Part shown: positions 55,850 through 64,000 of the stretch, one piece after another
Layout: each line of letters starts with the position of its first letter
Numbering within the stretch: the first letter of the stretch is position 1
Assembly: GCF_009914755.1 (NCBI RefSeq)
Contig: NC_060929.1
Reading direction: 5' to 3' (one strand)
DNA from: the human T2T-CHM13v2.0 reference genome, Homo sapiens
Length of the DNA: 64,000 nt
Position numbers and translations under genes: made by a program
The notes under the pieces: generated by a model
What the model saw: only the letters and a program-made list of their open reading frames with translations
Database searches by the model: none
What the model was told of the DNA's origin: nothing

Positions 55850-58800
55850 GGGATTTTACTTCCCCATGGTCAGGCAACCTCACAACTCCCATGTCTAACT
55901 ACCACAGAGCTCTAAAACACAAAAACCTTTCTCCAATTTCTAAAATCTGAGTCCCTCTGGAACTCAAGACCCATCACTGGCAAAATCTATATCCTCATCC
56001 ATTCCTCCGAATGTTTCCTTTACCTTCTTGCTCTTAGAGAAAGCTGGCTGTGCCCTGAGGACACTGCTTTCTCAAGTGGTGGCTGTTTCTTTCCTCTCAT
56101 GACCCTAGTACAAATGGATCTGGTAGGTGTTGTTTTTGTTCTTCATTGCCACTTTCAGAATCTCATGTCATCAGATTCTATCACTGAGTAGCCTTCCCTT
56201 TCCCTGTCATCCCTGACTCTTGGGCTACTTTGCCTTAGTTCTTGAAGATTTTAGCTCCTAACTTAATGTTCCTTTCTAACACTACTCCTATTATTTATTT
56301 ATTTAGAGACAGGGTCTCACTCTGTCACCCAGGCTGGAATGCAGTGATGCCATCTCAGCTCACTGCAGCCTCAACCTCCAGGCTCAGGTGATCCTCCCAT
56401 CTCAGCCTCCTGAGTAGCTGGGACTACTGGTACGCATCACCACATCTGGCTAATTTTTGTGTTTTTTTTTTTTTGTAGAGACTGGGTTTCACCATGTTAC
56501 TCAGGCTGGTCTCAAACACCTGAGCTCAAGCAATCCACCCACCTTGACCTCTGGAAGTGCTGTGATTACAGGTGTGAGCACTGCACCTGACCTACTACTC
56601 CTATTTTAATTATTGATGATTTTAATATCCATGTAGACATATGTGATGATCTTCTAATATCCTGACCTCTTAGTTCCTCCCCTCCAATAACCCTTATATT
56701 CCACCCTACATATGGCACTGACTCCCAGGATCCCTGTTAGTACCAATACTGCAGTCCCTCCATAATCTTGTATCAAGCATCCCACTCAGCCACCATCACC
56801 TTTTATCTTTGTAGTGCACTCCCCACCCTGCTTTTTTGCTCATTGTAGATGATGATGGAGTATTCCCGCTATTATCCTGATTCAGAGTTCTTCCACCACC
56901 ACTTCCCACCTTACTCAGGTTAAATTCCATTGTCAAGCATTAACCACTCCACAGTCCCACCCTCACTTCATAGTTCTTGCTGGAAATCACAACCTTGACA
57001 CAACTCTCCACCTACTCTGTAGCTATACCCATGTAGCTGAGTATGGCTGGAGAAAAACATAAACAAGAACTGGTTTCACTATAAATTCATGAACGCAAAT
57101 CTCAAGCATGCCTTTAACACTGCCTGACAGTCCATTTACTCTCCAACTGTCCTAGAGGGGCCAGCACACTGCAGCCAAACTCGCTTATGTAGTGTCCATG
57201 GCTGTTTTCACACTACAATGGCAGAGAAGAGTAGCTGCAACAGAGACATGATAGCCCACGAAATTTAAAACATTTGTTATCTGGCCCTTTACAGAAAAAG
57301 ATGAGCAGTCCCTCTCCTTCGCAACTATTTCATACCTTCTCTTTCCATTGTCTCCTTCCCCATCCTCTCTCAATTGGCCTTCCTACTTTACTGAGAAATA
57401 TGAAACAATTAGAAAGTCACTTCTGTAGGCTCCCATAGTCACATGTGCTCACAGCATACCATAAAACCTGATTTCCCTGCTGTTACCATAAACTTCCAGC
57501 TCTTCGACCAATCCCTCTACTGTATACTGGATCCTTCACTGGTCAAGGACAGAGCTCCAACAATTCACCCTCTCACTCCTATCATCATTTTTTGCTCTGT
57601 TGAATTATTCCCATTAATTTTCAAACAGGCTTTGTTTCTCCTACCTTAAGAAAAAAACTTTTAAAATTTCAGGACCATAATTCCTTCTTCCAGTTATAGC
57701 CCCATTCTTCTGCTCTCCTTTGCAGGAAATTTCTCAAAAGAAAGATCTATATTCTCTCATCCCTTTTCTCTCATTCTCTCAAATCCATTGCAATCAGGAG
57801 TTTGATATCACTCCACAAAATCTGTGTTATCAAAATCACTAGTACCTTCCTCATTGCTAAATCTGCTCAGTTCTCAGTCCTTATCTTACTTGACCTGTTG
57901 ACAGCATGTAACATGACAGATCACTTCTCCTCTCTGAAAGAAAAACTTTCTGTTCTTGGCCCCAGGGATACCACACGCTCATGGTTTTCTTGCTACCTCA
58001 ATTGGCCACTCCTTATCAGTCTGCTTTGCTAGTTGCTTCTCATCTCTCCAGTCTCTAAACCTTAGACTCCCCAGCGTTCAGTCTTTGGACCTCCTGTTTC
58101 CTAACTACACTACCTTCGTGATCTCATCTAGTCTCATGCTTAATATGTATAAGCTTGTGGCCCCCAAATTTATATCTCCAGTCCAGACCTGTTTCTTGAA
58201 CTCTTGACACCTGTATCCAACTAGCTATTTGACTAATCCTTGTAGGTATCTAACAAACAGACACCTCAAACAAATGTCCAGGACTAAATTCCATATCCTC
58301 CCACCCACCACAACCTCCCACCCCAACAAAACCTGTTCTACCCAGTCTTCTCCAGCTCAGTGGCAATTTTATCCTTCCATCTGTTCAGGCTAAAAAGCTC
58401 GTCCTTGTCCTTAACCCCTCTGACCCATGCCCAATCCATAAGCCAATCCATAAGCAAATCCCATTACTTCTACCTTTGAAATATATCAAGAATCTGATAC
58501 TTCTTACCCCCTACTGCTACACAAGGAACCAAGCCACCATCATCACCTCCAGCCAGATCACTGCAAGAACCTTTTAACTGTTCTCCCAACTTCCTGCCTT
58601 ACCCCTTCAGTCTGTTCCTAATACAGTGGCCACAGGCATCTTATTAAAACACAGGACAGATCATTTTGCTTCTGTGGTTAAAAGTCCCCAGTACCTCCAC
58701 ATCTCACATAGAGTAGAAGCCAAACCTTTACAATGGCCTATAAGGCATTATGTGATACGTCTTCCAGCCTCCATTCGCAACTTCTTCCACCTCATCTCCT

Positions 58801-59520
58801 CCTGCACCCCTCTAGATCACTTCTTTTGTTGCTCCCACCTCCGGACTTCTGTATATGCAGCTCATTCTAAAGTATGATTCCCCATGGTTCCTTCTTTTAC
58901 CATTTTCTATTTTTTTTTTTTTTTAGGGGGATAGGGTTTTGCTTTGTAACCCAGGCTAGAGTGGCACAGCTCACTTGCAGCCTTGATTACCTGGGCCCAA
59001 GTGATCCTCCTGCCTCAGCCTCCTGAGTAGCTGGCACCACAGGCTTGCATCACAACGTCCGGCTAATTTTTAAATTTTTGTAGAGAGCGGGTCTCCATAG
59101 GAGACCCTGTCACAAACAAGCTGGTCTCAAACTTCTGGCCTCAAGTGATCTCCTGCCTTAGCCTCCCAAAATGTTGGGATTACAGGCTGAGTCACTGTTC
59201 CTGATTCCTTTACTACTATTGAGTCTGATTCAGTAGAGCCTTCTGGTATAGATTTCCTAAACGTCTCTATTTAAAATCATAACCATCCCTCCAGTCCTTG
59301 GCCCCCCCCCATCTTTCTACTTGCTTTATTTTTTCCCTATATTATATGGTAAATATACTATCTAATTTTCAATTTTACTGCCTATCTCTCAACTAGACTG
59401 TAAGCTTCATGAATTCAAGGAGTATGGTCTCTTCGGTATGCTGGTTCACTGCCAGTGTTATGAACATGCTTGGCACATATTAAACACCTCAATAAATAAA
59501 TATTTATTGAGTGAATTAAT
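55850..59520 (+). mobile_element. L2 LINE remnant with Alu (56290-56592, 58910-59205) and MER58A (~57157-57312) insertions
   Basis: CT-rich L2 body; L2 3' end ggcacatat...aataaatatttattgagtgaat; MER58A core atctggccctttacagaaaaag. Confidence 0.75.
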
Positions 59521-59600
59521 CAGAGCTGAGAGTGGACATTCTTTTGTACCCATAACAAAAACTGAACAGCATACTGAACCGATCAATCTGAACTGAATCA

Positions 59601-61230
59601 GGCTGGCCGTCAGGGCCTCCAAAGTACTGCTTCTGTCTGGTCAGCCTGCTGCTACAGCCTTGGCCAGCTAGGCCCTGCTGCTCATGGTGCCAGCCCAGAG
59701 AGGAGCCAGCCAGGAGATGGTGAGTGCTGTGGGGGTGGGGAGCCCCAAGGAGAAGGCACTGAGGAGGAAAAACAGGATTAGCAGCTCAAACTGCCAGAGA
59801 CAGAAAGCAAGCTCAAATGAGTGACCTGAAACAGCAAGTGGTAGATTTAGAACAGAACCAAAAACTTTTGCTAGAAAATCAGTTTTTACAAGAGAAAATG
59901 CATGGACTCGTAGTTGAGAACCATGAGTGAAGACAGCACTTGGGGATGGATGCTCTGGTTACTGAAGAGGAGGCGAAAGCCAAGATAATTCCATCTATTT
60001 GATGCTTGACATCCCTAACTAGGCAGATGAGGGTAGAAGTTAGTTGTGGTGGGGTTGGAAGTAAACATCAACTACCTTCCCAGTATGATATCCTGTTGGG
60101 CATTCTGGACAACTTAGACCCACTAGTGTTCTTCAAATGTCCTTCCCCAGGGTCTGCCAGCCTGGAGCAGCTCCCAGAGGTCTACTCAGAAGGACCCAAT
60201 TCCTAACCAGCCTCCCTTTCTCTGTCAGTGGGGACATTATCAGCCAAGCTTGAAGCTATTAATGAACTAATTAATTTTGACTACATATATGCCAAGCCCG
60301 TAGTCTGAGACAGAGAGCCAAGCTAATGCGGTAGTGAAAATCAAGGAAGCACCTCTCAGCCTTTTAGAGAATGATCACCCAGAATTCGTGGTCTCAGTGA
60401 AGGAAGACTTTGTGGAAGATGACTTCATTCCAGACCTGGGTATCTCCAATCTACTTCCATCCAGCCACTGCCCGAAGCCATCTTCCTGTCTACTGGATGT
60501 TTACAGTGACTGTGGGTATGAGGGCTCCCCTTTCCCCTTCAGCGACATGGCCTCTCCACTTGGTGCAAACCATTCTAAGGAGGAGACTGGCCAATGAACT
60601 CTTTCACCAGCTGGTTAGTGTCTAAGGAGTGATCCAATACTGTTGCTCTTTTCCTTGACTATTACACTGCCTGGAGGATAGCAGAGAAGCCTGCCTGCGC
60701 TTCATTCAAAACGTCACAGAGTGTACAGTCCTAGAGAATTCCCCTATTTACCTGTTTAAACGTCATAGATAACCCCAAGTATTGTCTTTTGGCATCCAGC
60801 AGTCCAAGGTATTCGATATGTTACAATTCAGAACTATAGGTTTTGAGGTTGTACTTTTTCTAAAGAGTGGTAGTTTGCCCTAAATATTTATTATGTGAGG
60901 GTGATTAGACAAGTGTCTTAGAGTAGACATGGAATTCATGAATGGCTCTTTATCATTTCTCCTCCCGCTTTTTGGCATCCCAGGCTTGTCTCTAGTTTTA
61001 GGTCCTTTAGTTTTCTTCTGCAAGTGGAGAGAACACATACCTGAGGGGGCTCTTTTCCCCTCATGTACAGTTCAAGTAAAGATCAAGAATTTTTTGTAAA
61101 ATTATAGAAATTTACTACGTAAATGCTTGATGGAATTTTTCCTGCTAGTATAGCTTTTGAAAGGTGCTTTCTCCATTTATTTAAAACTACCTATGTAATT
61201 AAGTATAATACAAAAAAATTAAATAAACAA
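59601..61230 (+). pseudogene. XBP1P1: Processed XBP1 pseudogene, antisense in REEP5 intron 4
   Basis: Degenerate KVLLLSGQPA, bZIP (EKALRR..QQVVDL..NQKLLLENQ), DILLGILDNLDP and ANELFxQLxSV* (stop 60623-60625); exons 1-3 joined without introns; XBP1-like 3'UTR ending in an A-rich remnant ~61212-61230; several stops and frameshifts. Confidence 0.93.
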
Positions 61231-61285
61231 TTAGAAGAGATGGACTTGCATATCAATATAGATGATTCTCTAAAATCGCTGCCTA

Positions 61286-61777
<492 letters not shown>

Positions 61778-63345
61778 TCACTACTCTGGGGATGGGAGAT
61801 GCCTCTGTTATTTTCCCCAAAGGCATTACCAGTGTTTTCTGCAGGTTAAAGGTGGGCTTTCTTTAGATGGAAAAAACATGATGAGTAATGAGCTGGTAAG
61901 GAAAAGCTGAGACTAAAAAACAAAAGGTAAAACACACCAGGTCCAGGAGCTTAACTATCTTCCTAACTTGGACCACGTTTTAGTATATAGCTGTAAGAGG
62001 CTTTTATTAATCATAACTCTTAGAAATCAATTTAAGAAAATATAGTACTTATCTGCATGTATAAAGCCCTGTACAGATAAGCCTAATATCTAGGAGGCCT
62101 GTGCTTGGTAGGCTTATCTTGGTAAGTTTATCACATTTATTCATCCTATTATGGAAAAAATACCTTGTCCATTCCTGAATTCTTCCTTTGGTGGACCTCA
62201 GTTTTGGGTAGATCTTAGCCTTCAAGGAATCTTTACAGTTGTTCTTCATCTTTCATCTTGAATGTAGTTATTATTCCTAACTCCTTCTTTACAGCTCTAC
62301 TTTGCCATTGAGATTTTTTTTTAATTGACAAGAATTCTGCCCTAATTACTTAAATAAGGATTTTCACACTATGTCCAAAAAATTTTTACTGTTGATTCAA
62401 ATAATAAATACCAACTCGTCACTTCAAGTCATCCATGCAATTTACTCCTTTTTAAGATAAAAAGAAAAGCAGAAGGAAAAGGAATATTCAGAGTAATCTG
62501 CCCATTTCCCTAGAAAGTTTAATAAACAATATACTGAGTTATTTTAGTTTAAAAGATTCTAACCACATTGTATTCCACACAGCCTAGGTGACTCTACAAA
62601 AAAACAGAAGTCACTTACAGAGATTCCAAATCAGTATTTTTTACAACTTCTCCTTAGTGTAAAAACATCTTAATTTCTCATGCTTTAAATTTAAGTCTTA
62701 GTCCTTATGATTCCAAACCAAGGGATGTACTCATAATCAACAAGCTATGATGGTTTTCTAAGACAGTCTTTCAGGTGTTTTAGAGATACAAAGCTGATAA
62801 AGGGCTAACACTAATGACAAGAGTTTCAGTTTAAAATGCACAAATAGCTCACTCCATCAGCACCATGTTGGCTCTGAGAAATTTATACTAGACTTTGAAC
62901 TTGTATAACACTCAAAATAAAAAACAAAACCCAAGTTCTCAACAATATCTCCAGATTATTCTTTCTGAGAGTCTTGCTCTGTCACCCAGGCTGGAGTGCA
63001 GTGGCATGAACATGGCTTACTGCAGCCTTGAACTCCTGGGTTCAAACAATCTTCCCACAGCCTCCCAAGTAGCTGGGAATGACTGCAGGCATGAACCACC
63101 AGGCCTGGCTAATTTTTTATAACTTTTTTTTGTAGAGACAAGTGTCACAATGTTGTCCAGACTCCCCTTATCTCAACTACAGTAAAAAGTAACTCTTGAA
63201 ATGTAACCTTTGTGAATTAAAATTTGTTACACATGCACAAGAGTTTTTAAGACAGAGACTTGCTAGGCATGGTGGCATGCACCTGTAGTCCCAGTGACTT
63301 GGGAGGCCAAGGTGCAAGGATTGCTTGGGCCCAGGAGTTGGAGAC

Positions 63346-63721
63346 TGACATGGTTTAGCTGTGTCCCCACCCAAATCTCATCTTGAACTGTAGCTCCCAT
63401 AATTCTCATGTGTTGTGGAAAGGACAGGGTGAGAGATAACTGAATCATGGGGGTGGTTTCCTGCCATACTGTTCTCATGGTAGTGAATAAGTCTCACGAG
63501 ATGTGATAGTTTTATAAGGAGTTTCCCCTTTCGCTTGGGCTCTCATTCTTTCTTGCCTGCCGCCACCATGTAAGACATCCCTTTGCTTTTCCTTCATCTT
63601 CCACCATGATTGTGAGGTCTCCACAACCATGTGGAACTGTGAGTCAATTAAACCTCTTTCCTTTATAAATTGCCCAGTCTCGGCTATGTCTTTATTAGCA
63701 GCATGAGAACAGACAAATGCA
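63346..63721. mobile_element. THE1-type solo LTR inserted in an Alu monomer (~63266-63775)
   Basis: TGACATGGTTTAGCTGTGTCCCCACCCAAATCTCATC...ACAAATGCA; 5-bp TSD GAGAC at 63341-45 and 63722-26. Confidence 0.88.
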
Positions 63722-64000
63722 GAGACCATCCTGGGCAACAGAGCAAGAGCTCATCTCAAAAACAAAACAAAACCCAGACACTATAGGACTAAATTTTTTA
63801 TAAAACCCCAAAACTATAGCTGTATGCTTAAGAAACATACCTACAACAAAACCAAATAGGAACACTGAAAATAAAGTTATGGGAAAGATATATCAGACAA
63901 ACACCAACTCCCAAAATAGCTCATTAGCAATATTAATACATACAAATTACTTAAGGCAAAATAAGTAAATAGGATGATAAAGAAGGAAAGCAATTCACCA

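Noticed and set aside
60006-60625. XBP1s-like ORF fragments as a functional retrogene
   Set aside because: Interrupted by stops (60204-60206) and frameshifts, and the upstream bZIP basic region has deletions; treated as a pseudogene.

Overview
Human genomic DNA from chromosome 5q22.2, recognised from the encoded proteins. On the + strand it holds the last five coding exons of APC, including the 6.57-kb terminal coding exon (12085-18658) and a ~2.1-kb 3'UTR, followed by the complete five-exon SRP19 gene with its CpG-island promoter (ATG 35917, stop 42073). On the - strand it holds the last two coding exons and 3'UTR of REEP5 (DP1/TB2), convergent with SRP19; the D5S346 (CA)n marker lies in that UTR. 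REEP5 intron 4 contains an antisense processed XBP1 pseudogene (~59601-61230). The rest is Alu-rich, with an essentially full-length Tigger1, L1/L2 fragments, MER61, MER31, THE1/MST/MLT LTRs and MER2/5/20/44/58 elements. The most notable observations are: (1) the XBP1 retrocopy lacks the IRE1-spliced exon 4 and instead carries a 99-nt acceptor-terminated segment that puts exon 5 in the active XBP1s frame; (2) the SRP19 last-exon acceptor is also a perfect donor (AG|GTAAGT); (3) a 25-nt SRP19 intron-1 sequence was copied into Tigger1 and then tandemly duplicated; (4) APC exon 15 and SRP19 exon 2 are in frame for a read-through fusion. Repeat family names, exon numbering and known-variant labels come from recalled consensus and reference sequences, not from a database search. 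Repeat boundaries are approximate.
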